DNA of 64,000 bases from Pecten maximus (Eukaryota): positions 13,330,001-13,394,000 of the forward strand of contig NC_047030.1 in NCBI RefSeq assembly GCF_902652985.1. The letters run 5' to 3'. The position numbers and the translations under genes were made by a program. This document shows, piece after piece, positions 23,915-37,506 of this stretch; the stretch's first letter is position 1, and the number at the start of each line of letters is the position of its first letter. Below the pieces are notes generated by a model that worked only from the letters and a program-made list of their open reading frames with translations, did not search any database and was not told the DNA's origin.

Positions 23915-26022
23915 ATACATGTTATGTGAACTGTACATGTGAACTATACATGTGAACTATACATGTTATTGAACTATATATATTAACTGTACATGTTATT
24001 GAACTATATATATTAACTGTACATGCTATGTCAATATATATATTAACTGTACATGTTATGTGAATATATATATTAACTGTACATGTTATGTGAACTATAT
24101 ATATTAACTGTACATCTTATGTGAATATATATATTAACTGTACATGTTATGTGAATATATATATTAACTGTACATGTTATGTGAATATATATATTAACTG
24201 TACATCTTATGTGAACTATATATATTAACTGTACATGTTATGTGAACTATATATATTAACTGTACATCTTATGTGAACTATATATATTAACTATACATGT
24301 TATGTGAACTATATATATTAACTGTACATGTTATGTTAACTATATATATTAACTATACATGTTATGTGAACTATATATATTAACTGTACATGTTATGTGA
24401 ACTATATATATTAACTGTACATGTTATGTGAACTATATATATTAACTGTACATGTTATGTGAATATATATATTAACTGTACATGTTATGTGAACTATATA
24501 TATTAACTGTACATGTTATGTGAATATATATATTAACTGTACATGTTATGTGAATATATATATTAACTGTACATGTTATGTGAACTATATATATTAACTG
24601 TACATGTTATGTGAACTATATATATTAACTGTACATGTTATGTGAACTATATATATTAACTGTACATGTTATGTGAATATATATATTAACTGTACATGTT
24701 ATGTGAATATATATATTAACTGTACATGTTATGTGAATATATATATTAACTGTACATGTTATGTGAACTATATATATTAACTGTACATGTTATGTGAACT
24801 ATATATATTAACTGTACATGTTATGTGAACTATATATTAACTGTACATGTTATTGAACTATATATATTAACTGTACATGTTATGTGAACTATATATATTA
24901 ACTATACATGTTATGTGAATATATATATTAACTGTACATGTTATGTGAATATATATATTAACTGTACATGTTATTGAACTATACATATTAACTGTACATG
25001 TTATGTGAACTATACATATTAACTGTACATGTTATGTGAATATATATATTAACTGTACATGTTATTGAACTATATATATTAACTGTACATGTTATGTGAA
25101 TATATATATTAACTGTACATGTTATTGAACTATACATATTAACTGTACATGTTATGTGAATATATATATTAACTACATGTTATGTGAACTATACATATTA
25201 ACTATACATGTTATGTGAATATATATATTAACTGTACATGTTATGTGAACTATACATATTAACTGTACATGTTATTGAACTATACATATTAACTGTACAT
25301 GTTATGTGAATATATATATTAACTACATGTTATGTGAACTATACATATTAACTATACATGTTATGTGAATATATATATTAACTGTACATGTTATGTGAAC
25401 TATACATATTAACTATACATGTTATGTGAACTATATATATTAACTGTACATGTTATGTGAATATATATATTTACTGTACATGTTATGTGAACTATATATA
25501 TTAACTGTACATGTTATGTGAATATATATATTAACTGTACATGTTATGTGAACTATATATATTAACTGTACATGTTATGTGAATATATATATTTACTGTA
25601 CATGTTATGTGAACTATATATATTAACTGTACATGTTATGTGAATATATATATTAACTGTACATGTTATGTGAATATATATATTAACTGTACATGTTATG
25701 TGAATATATATATCAACTGTACATGTTATGTGAATATATATATTAACTGTACATGTTATGTGAATATATATATTAACTGTACATGTTATGTGAATATATA
25801 TATCAACTGTACATGTTATGTGAATATATATATTAACTGTACATGTTATGTGAATATATATATTAACTGTACATGTTATGTGAATATATATATCAACTGT
25901 ACATGTTATGTGAATATATATATTAACTGTACATGTTATGTGAATATATATATTAACTGTACATGTTATGTGAACTATATATATTAACTGTACATGTTAT
26001 GTAAACTATACATGTTATGTGA
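23915..26022. repeat. Minisatellite, 30/31-bp unit (ATGTTATGTGAA(C)TATATATATTAACTGTAC), ~2.1 kb, downstream of the Pax3/7 stop
   Basis: Direct observation; explains ORF 25640..25987. Confidence 0.98.
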
Positions 26023-26818
26023 GAGAGTTATGTCTGTGTCAATGAGATTACATCATACTGTATAATATATCATTCAAATGTCACAATCATTTCATATTTC
26101 AATAAAGACACGAAGAATTGAAAACTGACCTTGTTTATGTATTTATACGAAATGATTAAACCTCAAAAGAAGTGTTGCAGGAAAAAATGGTGGATGCTTC
26201 AATTCGGTGTACTTTTTAAATATCCATGTCGATGGTTGTGAGTTTACGATATGCTAGAAATAAAAACATCGAATACATAATCTATGTTCAAATGAAAATT
26301 TAGATTTCTAAAGTTTCTCACAGAACAAAGACACTATGCCCATTGTTTCTCCTTGTGCTTTGCGCTATGTTCAGATGTAATTTGATTTTCAATCTTGTTT
26401 TTCTCTAATATTTCTTATTTATTTTCTATTATAACGCAATTCCGAAATACCGAAATACCGAAATACCGAAATCATTCCTGCATCTTCCCTGAGTTTATGA
26501 CATTTCTTAATTGTTTCACACAACGGTAACTTACTTACTTTGGCGCACTAAATTTAACGCAAAATCCGATTCAAACAGATTAGCGTTGTGATGAATTGGC
26601 AGACGGACCCTGCAATTAGCATAATATTTTAGTGGAAGAATTTCGACGAGAAAGGCGCTAAATATATCCGGCGATTTGAGGAAAAGTGCAATACGTTAGC
26701 GAACATCAGAATAACGACATGTCGAAGAGTAACTGACGATCAGTATTCCCAAAATACATGTTCATTTATATTGAATATGAAACTTAATTCGGAATAAATT
26801 TGCCCAAAAATTGTCAGA

Positions 26819-26933
26819 TGACCTAGATTTGAATGGCGGTGTCGTCGTGACCTAGATTTGTATGGCGGTGTCGTGGTGACCTAGATTTGTATGGCGGTGT
26901 CGTCGTGACCTAGATTTGTATGGTGGTGTCGTC
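26819..26933. repeat. Minisatellite, 29-bp unit (TGACCTAGATTTGTATGGCGGTGTCGTCG), 4 copies
   Basis: GACCTAGATTT at 26820, 26849, 26878, 26907. Confidence 0.93.
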
Positions 26934-27289
26934 TATGAAGAAGAAGACACTCACTCTTCCAGAACACATATTCTTATTTTTATTCTACTTTTTCAGGAGT
27001 CTCTATGCAAATCTATATTTTTACACATAAAATGTCGTTGTTATTTACACGCTCTGTCTCCTTCAGGTGACGCTAATTTCCTCCTTTGTTATGTCTGTTC
27101 TGTTTATCTATCATACTTGCTTTGTTATATCTACAGATAAAAGTTAATCAATCTGCCTGAATAATTAAAGATTCTGGTTCCGTTATTTGATATCATTATA
27201 ATAAAGTTATAAAAAGAGCACTTTAGAAACGTTCTATCCTGGTCATAATACGATGATAATTTTCATTGGTTCTTGGATATATTTATGTC

Positions 27290-27848
27290 AAAAACTTTTA
27301 TTTTTATCACATTTTTGTCATTGAAATACAGAAATTAATCAAACTAATACAACTTATATTTTCACTGAAGCGATGAGCAGTGAAAATATAAGTTTTTCAT
27401 TTTTGACCAATCAGATCGAACCTTTGTATTCACCTCATTGAAACTTGCCGATTTTCCCGATCGAAACGAAGAGAGATAGGTGGGTTATTTTGCTGTATTT
27501 CTGAAATCTGCAGGCTAGTTTTTGACAAAATACTCACTTGATGTTAGCTTTTCATGCACAGATTCTCCGAAAACAGCAGAAAACGCTTGAATTGCGCTGA
27601 TCAGTCCTTTTAAAATGGCGCCGTAATGTGGTGGAGTCATCACAAATTGAATTTGTTTTTTAGAATAAAAATGTAATGAAAAGAAATTCGAACGGTTTCC
27701 CTTTGCATATACATATATTTTACTCGAATGACAGAATATATCGATATTTTTACTCGGGCTTCGCACTCGTGAAAATATCGATAGTCTGTCATACTCGTGA
27801 AATATATGTTATATTCAACGGGAAACCATTCAATATTCTCTATATATT
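27290..27848 (+). mobile_element. Non-autonomous interspersed element with internal hairpins (family undetermined)
   Basis: Hairpin TTTTCACTG-AAGCGATGAG-CAGTGAAAA and TATCGATATTTT...AAAATATCGATA; related sequence at ~61325-61470 (+) and ~32365-32430 (-). Confidence 0.7.
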
Positions 27849-29694
27849 TGTTCGATTATCCTTGTTCTTAGCTATATATTGAGCAGTCGTTGTCTATAAT
27901 GTTGAAGTTTTATCCTCGTTTTGATTGTGTATTTACTGTCCCAGAACAACAGAGGATACTGACAATCAAACGAAACTGTAACTCTAACTCAAAATTGGTA
28001 AAACGAGGATGAAATACGAACGATTTACATGAAAATCCTCACAATGTCTTATGAGAATAAAGCTGGGTGTTCCAGACGGTATGCGTCTTCTGCTTCATCG
28101 ACACCCGCCAAACTTAGGTCAGTCACATTCTCAGGAAATATGTACGTGATAACGGAACAACTTGCCATGTCAACAGGTATCGAACATGTCTTATTTCTAT
28201 CGCAAAATGAAGTATATTTCTAAGTTAGTTTGAAAACGAACCTGCAAAAAATAATGACAGATAATATTAATGGCAAGGATTTTGAACAGGAACTGCTGCA
28301 ATTGTTCACCACGAAGAAAATCAAGAACCATAACGCGAACGGTTTGCCCCTCTGCTTGACATCGTCTCAATTGATGTTTAATTCCATGCTTACAAATTAG
28401 CTATTTAGTAATTTTAGTCATTGTCAACAATTAGTAATACTTATAATGAAATAAAGAAGAATAACAAACCATCGGGGGCAAATCTCTGGTTTGAAATCTT
28501 GAGTATAATATTCAAGGTAGGATAGGTCTAATGGTTTACCTGTGGGTGTTCTAGACCTCCAGTGTCTATCATCGATACACACCTCAATAACCCACGACAA
28601 TATCCAGAAGCAATAGAAGATCGACTGAGAGTGATGTGTGTATTAGTTAATAGATTGATGTAGAAATTGGTATAATATATATCGCCGAGCTAATTATGTA
28701 CCTTAATCTAGTGTAAACCGTACGAACAGGATACATACACCAGGCTTTCCCTCTCCTTACTTGCTTTTAACATTCGATTAAACCTATAGAAATAGTACAT
28801 TCCCATACGGGAAACATTAGGTCAAGTCCGTGGAATAAGGCAACTCCGTACTTCCGGTGTATGGGATATTTCCGCTCTGATTGGATAAGGGCGCAGTTTG
28901 CTCTCATTGCTACTGGTTCAATCTACATTGACCTTCCTCCCATCGTCGGGGATTTAAAAGAAGGTGTTTATTCGTTGTAATTTTCAAGATGACAAGCGTA
29001 AAATTCAGTATAAAAATTTCCCCAAGTGGCCCTTTCTTGTTTGGTGTTTTAATTATGTTATTAGCATGGCGCAGTCGACGTTGAATATAATCCAATCGTC
29101 CTACCGCGCGTTCACAAAAGCTGGGCGCCATTTTAGAAGTAGGGTGCACTTAGTCGCTCGGATTCCAATCGGAGTGGTTTACTGGTGTTATTGTTGGTGA
29201 ACTGGCTTAATAAATAAATTAATACGTATATTCCACGTGTAAATTTTACAGGAGACTCGGGTAAACATAGCCAGCCCGTTACTGTGTACTTAACGATAGA
29301 AATACCCAGGAGGGCGTCACGATAGATCTCACATGGCTGTGTAGCGTTAAGATTGCATTAATCATTCATATATACACGCATTGCGTATAATGTAAATTTC
29401 ATTCTAAACTAGAACATGTGATATAGTAATTAAATTATTAGATTGAATTGAGGAAATTATTTACGCTTAGGTGGTTGATGTTATACATTGAAGTATCAAC
29501 TGTGCTTCTATTCCCTTTTGTACATTCTAAATTTAATTTTAATGAATCATTCTATAAGTAATTATTCTATTTTTCGGAAATTTTATGCCATTTTCGCAAA
29601 TTTTGACACGCAATTGGCGGATTATCATTATACTTAATAAATTCCTTACATTACATTCTTAGAGTTTCAATTTATGTCCATTTTTCAGATTAAT

Positions 29695-29880
29695 TTGAAA
29701 AATGGATTTTAATGGAACTTGAAATGGATTTCATGGACTAAAAATGGATCTTAATGGATACAAAGGGATTTTAATTATCTTAAAGTGGATTCTGATCCAT
29801 TGAAATGGATTTTAAGGGATCTAAAGAATGAAAACCTACTGGATCTTAAAAATGGATTCTAATGGATTAAAAATGAATCC
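29695..29880. repeat. Degenerate tandem repeat of AATGGATTT/AATGGATCT subunits
   Basis: ATGGA recurs about every 10-11 nt. Confidence 0.75.
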
Positions 29881-29974
29881 ATAGCTTGTGAACTGTATGG
29901 TATCTAAAAGAAATAATCCAAATCTGTCCGCGAATATGAATTTCTGGTGTGGTATATGATTGATCTTATTCCAA

Positions 29975-32327
29975 ATCCTACTACACTATTGACGTTGATA
30001 AAGCAAACCTACTTAATAACTACTTCATTGAACAAACACATCTAGACGACGATAACTTGTTTCCCCCTCCACAAAACGACCCACCTAACGAAACTCTACG
30101 CAATATTATACTAACTATCGAAGATGTCAAAGATGCAATTAGTGTTTTAGATTCCTCTAAGTCTTCTGGTCCAGATTTGATAAGTGCTAAGTTTCTAACT
30201 GAAGGTGTAAACCAGCTTGCTGAACCATTATGTTTGCTGTTTAATAAATCTCTCCAATCGTCTTACTATCATGACAAATGGACAAATGCTAATATAACCC
30301 CTATTTTTCAAAAAGGTGACAAAAGTAATACTGCCAACTATAGGCCGATATCACTTACCAGTATTCTGGGCAAGTTGATGGAACGATGTGTTTTTAAATA
30401 TGTATATAACTTTCTGCACAGAACTAATTTTTCACGAAGTCACAGTCCGATTTTATCCCTGGAGATTCTGCTGTAAATCAATTAATTTCTATCACTAATG
30501 ATATCGGTAAGGCTCTTGATAATGGTAAATTCAGGTTATATTTTGTGATATAAGTAAAGCTTTCGATAGAGTTTGGCACAAAGGGCTACTTTACAAATTG
30601 CAACGGGCGGGAATTTCTGGTAAGCTAATCGATTGGTTCAAAAATTATCTATCAAACAGACATCAAAGGGTTGTTATAAACGGGAAATCATCATCTTACA
30701 AAACAATTACAGCAGGAGTTCCCCAGGGATCCATTCTAGGACCACTATTATTTCTTGTTTACATTAATGACATTGTTAACGACATTAACAGCACAATTAA
30801 ACTCTTTGCGGACGACACCACTCTTTACATGATGATAGATAATCCAATAATAACAAATCAGTTGATAAACAACGATTTAGCGAAAATAGATAATTGGGCT
30901 AACAATTGGCTGGTTACCTTTAATCCTACTAAAACAGAGTCTTTGTTAGTCAGTAAAAAATTAAACAGGCCAAACCATCCTCCAGTATTAATGAACAATA
31001 CAGTTGTATTAAACGTAACCTCTCATAAACATCTTGGTGTATATCTTTCCTGCTGATTTTAGCTGGACTGAGCACATTAATTATATTCTAGGTAAAACTT
31101 CCAAGTGTCTAGGAATACTCAGGATATTAAAATTCTCTCTCGACAGACACTCTTTACAAACTCTATATACATCTTTTATACGACCAATCTTATAATATGT
31201 GGATGTCGTCTGGGATTCTTTACCACTATATTTAATTGAGAGACTAGAACATGTTCAAATAAAGGCCGGTAGAATAGTAACGGGGGCCACTAAACTTGTA
31301 AACATGCAATTATTATACAACGATCTATGCTGGGAAAAATTATCGGATAGAAGGAAAAAACATAAAATTATTCAGTTTCACAAAATGTTTCACAAAACAA
31401 CACCAGAATATGTCTGCTCACTTGTTCCTTCTCAACATTCAGATTTGCATGATTACAGAACCAGACAAGGCAATCAATTATTAACTGTTCATTCTAAATC
31501 AAATTATTATAAAACATCCTTTTTACCTTCAACAATCGAACTTTGGAATTCTATACCGGCAGACATCAGAAACAACCCCTCTCTGATTATCCTAAAAAAA
31601 TACCTAAATAAAGACATTAAAACCCCACCATGTTATAGAAATTTTGGCACACGTAACTTACAAATACTACATACTAGACTTCGTTTAAATTGCAGTAACT
31701 TGAAAGAACATTTAGTTAACAGAAATCTAACGGATAGCCCTTTTTGTTCATGTGGATATATTGAAGATAATTTTCACTTTTTATTCATGTGTGAAACATT
31801 TATTAAACAGCGTAATCAGTTTGTATTTAGTTTAAATTTTGATCTGAATACTGATATTCTATTATCAGGAAACCCAGACTTGTCAAATGAAGAAAATGAA
31901 ATAATAATTGAAGCTGTACATAATTTTATATTACATTCCAAAAGGTTCGACTAAATATTTATGAACTACTTATCTTCATCGTAATTTATCCACATCCCCA
32001 TCGACATCATTAATTAACATAAATAATTTACATTATTATATATCCAAGTATTCTATTCTCCAATTAGATTGCTATAACATAGATTTATTTGTATTCCACC
32101 ACTGTTCATCACTTTTCACCATAATTTACCTTTTTGTCAAAATAATTATTTTCTGTTTATTATTATGAAACAGTATTTGTACCACCATACTAATCACCAA
32201 TATGCCGAACCTTAGAGGGAAATGGATTAATATCAGCTTTAAGCTTGTTTCTAAATCCCTCACCAATGTATAATTTGCAATGTATATGTACACTTGTCTT
32301 GAATATAAATAAATATTGTTTAAACTA
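29975..32327 (+). mobile_element. 5'-truncated non-LTR retrotransposon, CR1 group: reverse transcriptase, C-terminal Cys/His motif and 3' UTR; about 3 frameshifts
   Basis: NYRPISLTSILGKLME, DISKAFDRVWH, GVPQGSILGPLLFLVYIND, LFADDT, KHLGV, CSCG..EDNFHFLFMC; stop at 31954; tail AATAAATATTGTTTAAACTAA. Confidence 0.95.
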
Positions 32328-33961
32328 AGAGTTCTAAGGTTTTTCCTTGAGTTAATATATATATATTTTTAATGGTTTCTCGTTGAATATAATATATATT
32401 TCACGATTTTGACAAAACATCGATTCAAAATTTTAAAAAGAGAGAAAACATTCTATATTTCACTTGGCAACAAGACACTTTAAATAGCATGCTGAATGTA
32501 ATTTTAATGTTTTCTACTCTTGCCGGTCAATTTTGCTTGCATGACTGTTGTCATTACAAATGATAATTTTATTAAAATAACTGCAATGTATATCGAGGAA
32601 GTACAGCAGAATAGCCACTGATTCTACCTTCGCTTCATTCGAACCTTAACCGAAAAATCGAAGGGTTTCCACGAGGTGACACTTTCTGATATATCTTCTG
32701 TCTGTGTCGTAACATATTGTGTAAAATAACTTGACACTTGTTAAATCTATCATCATGTTTTCGGTTGATTAAGCAGAAAAAAAGTGTCATTAAAATGTGA
32801 TCATATTATCTGATTTTTACCCTAAAACAGTTTCACAATTAAACACAGAAGGAATGATTCATTTAAAATACGAAAGGAAAGAAATAAACGTAAAATTTCA
32901 TTAGATAAAGACTAAAAGTTATGTTTTACTATAAGCTACCCTCTATCTTACAGCTGCTGTGATATATCTAACATCAAAATTCCAGTCCCCATGGCCATTT
33001 CATGCTGAAAACCATACGACAGGATAGCTGATATATTACAATGAATGCCAACAGGGCTTTTGTCATGGTTTTTCAGGAGAAAATGTCTTAATTTATTCGG
33101 GGTCATATTTTACAAATCTGTAGCTACAGAATACATAATAATGTGGTAAAGAGAAGGTGTCATGCATCCAATTAGTGTCATACATATTTATTTACCTCTG
33201 GTGAGTTACAATATGGGGATTAATACTCGTATAAAAGGCGTGGGCAGGTTTAGTGTACTCACACTGGACCACCGGAACACTGAGGTCAACTGAGGGCGTT
33301 ATGAATATCAATGAAATACCAACATTCTCCTCAATCACGTTTTCAGTCTGAAAATCATGTATTAAGTCAGGCAGAAAAATCTATAAATATATAAATAACT
33401 TTAATTCAAAAGCAAATACTAAAATAGAACAAAAATGTTGAAAATTATATATAACAATCATAAATAAGTAAGTAATAACGACATTATCACACAATATTGG
33501 TACTGGGCCAAAACAAATTGGCATTCCTTTGATGTATCATTACGATATATTTTAATGATCTAATGACGAAAGTACAGACATTCCGCCACTTTTTTTTACA
33601 GTTACATCATTTAGACATAGACTCAAGATAAATTTTACTTTTGATTAATTAATTTGTTATTATAAAATATGAAAATACGCATATAATACAAGGAATAAAA
33701 TAGGTGTCAACCAGAAAAGAAAATGAAAATAAAGCGAAACATAAAACACAAGAAAAAAAAAACAACAAAAAAACCTACATTGCAAAATATAAATACATTG
33801 TACCATGACGCCATCCTTAATGTGAAAATGACAAAATGGGAAAATAAATAATAAACAACCAAATATCAGACAAAACCCCCCAAAAACAACAATTAAGCAA
33901 ACAAACATAAGCGCCAACACAGATGAGGAATTATATAGATGACCTAACTAAAAGAAAGATA

Positions 33962-34110
33962 CTGTAAAACTTCAGTATCTCAAACTCTGATAACTCGAAG
34001 ACCTGATTAACTCTAAGTACAAATTCAGTTCATATAGTTGATATATAAAATATACCCGGTTACCTCGAATACTCGGAATCGAAGATATTCGAGATAATGA
34101 GGTTCGACTG
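33962..34110. mobile_element. Tc1/mariner-pogo-type MITE with TA target duplication
   Basis: TA|CTGTAAAACTTCAGTATCTCAAA ... TTCGAGATAATGAGGTTCGACTG|TA imperfect TIRs; internal TAACTCGAA repeats. Confidence 0.7.
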
Positions 34111-35959
34111 TATTGTGGATCGACACAAAATACACATCCACTAATCAGATATCCTATTCGACCTTTACATGCATGATTTTATTGTTCTTGAGACTTTATA
34201 ATTGCAGCACTGAGCATTGTTAATTTCTTGTATCCAATTAAATAGCATACAATGACACGATAAATGATAAGATATGAAACAAATAGTCAGTTAATCGTCT
34301 CCGGAATCTATTAAAGCAATCCTAGGGACGCTAGTTACGCAATCCAGCTGTTTATGAGATTAAACAATTGTAATTGTCATTGTAATTGCAATCTAGAGAA
34401 ATGGGTATACGACCACACCTGTCCATTTTTTATTAATCATTTTAAGATTTGGAGGCCCGGTTGAAATAATGACACGACGCTTGGTTTGAAATTGGCAAAA
34501 GGTCACTGGCTACATGGAACAGTTTCCAATCTTATCTTCTCAGCCTCTTAACCATTGACTGTACAGCTAGTAGATCAAAATTAATATGCGTTGATCCTTT
34601 ATTACAATTATTATATGGTGAAGATGAAATATTTTGACGGTGCCGTGAATACAGAGATTCTTTATCTCCACTATTTAGGATATGAATTCAATCACAATAG
34701 CACCAAAGGTTACAAGGAAACATAGAATTTCTATTGGCTAATTTTCCGAAATTAGGCACAGAATAAAAACATCAACAAATCAGGGAAATTGCAATCAGTA
34801 TCTTCAAGTGATGTAAAGTGCAAAGGGTGGACTAGTTGGAGTTGTCTCGAGCTTCGAGCGTGGCCTCGCGTAAGTTAAGTGTATGGGTGTATATACTGGA
34901 AACTGGAACGCACTCAGCATAAAATGACAATGTCCCGGGCTTAACGCGACTCGAGTGTATTTCCAAGTGTGCTGCTTTATCGACAATCAGCAATTCCACG
35001 GTACAGGTAAAAGAACATTTCGCAGTCCACATACAAATCGAAACGACAAAAACTGATCTTGTAAAAAAAGCTTACAGATAAAATTGGTTTTAATCCTGAC
35101 ACGATACATTTTTATGTAGACTTCATGTTCATCCGTATTATCGGCGTGACAAAGGCCACAAGTGGACGGGACGGTTCGGTCGTTTGATCTCATCGCTATC
35201 CATAGTGAACCATTAAAGAGTGATTTAGACATAGCGATTACTCTCTCCCCAGTAGCGTACACAGCCCAGGCAAGAAATGCCTCACCAATAACAAGGCCCA
35301 TTCTTACCAAACGTATAGCAAGCTTGCAATCACATTTAGAACAATAAAATATGATGTAAAACAAAAAAATCGTCCTTGAAATCTTTAAAACCTGTACACT
35401 GTAAGATAGTATTAAGAATAAGAAATTGATAATTTCATTGAAAAACTGATTTTATAATATTTTGATACCAATATCTTTGCTGATTAAATAGTTTAAAGCT
35501 AACGAGACTGATAAAGATTGGATAAATTCTCGGCTTGTTCGTATTTCCGGTCCATTTATTTACGATTGGTTATGATTTTATATATACAAAATATTCGGCA
35601 ATAAATAGTTTATGACGTTTTAGTGGGCCGAAAGGCGACAGTCGCTGATTCGATATGTACCTGTTTCTTTAATACCCATCAAATACACCATTTCAGGGTA
35701 CTTAAAACGGGATCAGATCGCATTCTAATTGAAAAGATGCGTCGCAATTTTACATGACCACATTGATAGGAGTTTATGGAGGATCTGTTGATTTTCATCA
35801 TCTGACGGAGCTCCGACAATGGAAGATAAGGCTTCCAACAGTTAAAGTGCATTTTCAAAATTTCTGTGAAGATGAAATATTTTCATGTGTTCTTGTTGTA
35901 TATTTTAACAAAGTAATCTGCAAACAGCGAACCCTTTAATAAATGCTTGGTTGGATGAC

Positions 35960-36200
35960 TTTTTTGTTGACACATTTTTCTTGATACTATTGATATTTTT
36001 GTTGATAATTTTTTGTTGATAAATATTTTGATAAATTTTTGTTGATATATTTTATAAATACATTTTTAAAATATTTTTTGTTGATAATTGTTTTGATACC
36101 TTTTTGTGGATATATATATATTTTTGTTGATACTTTTTATTGATAAATGTTTTGATATATTTTTGTTGATAAAATGTTGACTGATAAATATATTTTGATA
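35960..36200. repeat. Low-complexity degenerate (TTTTGTTGATA)n array
   Basis: Direct observation. Confidence 0.85.
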
Positions 36201-36906
36201 CATTTTATTACCACATGCAGTACAGAATCAAACGTAAACTGTACGCATTGCTATTGTCATATTGTTACGAAAAGGGATCACAATAAAATGATTTACAGAC
36301 ACTACATATTTGTCAGCTCTTTTCCCGTTTACCTTTTAAAACCACCGCCCAAATATGTTTTGACTTAACGCGAGCTTCAGATTAATTAGTTACGAATATG
36401 TACGTATGTGTTACTCCTCACTGTTTGTACTCGTGAAGTTCATTGATGTAAATTCCAAAATGGGGAAAAAACAAAAAATAATCCCCCCCCCCCTCAAAAA
36501 AAGAAAACCCCAAAAAACCAAGAACAAAAAATATGACTAATTGTTGATACCAGCTGATAATTTAGATATTGTTTAGTACATATCTTCACTTCTTACATCT
36601 GTTGTTACTGTAAACGCTATATTTCCAATGATACCTAGTATTTAATGGAATTTCGCATTTATATATAGAGACTGTTGAAGTATGTTATCAATGTACGACT
36701 TTATATAATATCAATAAGTAGTATTATCACCATACATTTGATAAAGAATAACTAGCATTTAAACAATAATATAATAACATCTTAATGTTATACTAAGTAT
36801 TTATTCATTTGTTTATTTATCTGTCTTCTTCTGTACCTTTTGCACAATTCTTTACCGTGGACACAAGCACGACTGGGTAGGATTACGATGGCTGACAGCA
36901 GACTGT

Positions 36907-37183
36907 CAAATCATTGCTTCACAAACGACTTTTTAACCTTAATATGTACAAACATCTTTTGATGACGACATACAAATCATTGCTTCACAAACGACTTTTT
37001 AACCTTAATATGTACAAACATCTTTTGATGACGACATACAAATCATTGCTTCACAAACGACTTTTTAACCTTAATATGTACAAACAGCTCTTAATGACGA
37101 CATATTTAGTAAATCTTATACACAGCTAAAAAAAAACAGCTCTTAATGACGACATATTTAGTAAATCTTATACACAGCTAAAT
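36907..37183. repeat. Tandem repeat: 66-bp unit x3 overlapping a 52-bp unit x2
   Basis: CAAATCATTGC at 36907, 36973, 37039; CAGCTCTTAATGACG at 37085, 37137. Confidence 0.95.
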
Positions 37184-37329
37184 ACAAAATTGCCAATGGC
37201 AGCATTTTCTGTACATAACTGTTATGTTTATAAGTTATGTTAAATGGAAACTCACAACTTTCCTTCATAGAAATATCTTTAGATATGTGCAATGTTTTAT
37301 CAAATCCAGTAATAGGTTTTGAATATTGT

Positions 37330-37506
37330 AATTAGATCAGTTTATTTGGTAAACCGTATATCATATCATTTTTGTCATCATGCATGTAAATGTAACTATG
37401 CCTTGTAATACACTGTATATATGTTGGGAGAAGGCGTTAATAAGTTGTTGTAACTTGTGTCTAATCCCGTGGCTATATTTTGACAATAAATATGTTTAAA
37501 CTAAAC
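37330..37506 (+). mobile_element. 3' UTR fragment of a CR1-group LINE
   Basis: GGGAGAAGG..ATAAGTTGTTGTAACTTGTGTCTAATCCC...CAATAAATATGTTTAAACTAAA; left boundary uncertain. Confidence 0.65.

Noticed and set aside
25640-25987. 115-aa (VNIYINCTCY)n ORF as a Cys-rich structural protein
   Set aside because: It is the translation of a run of 30-bp units; neighbouring 31-bp units break the frame and there is no true ATG or splice support
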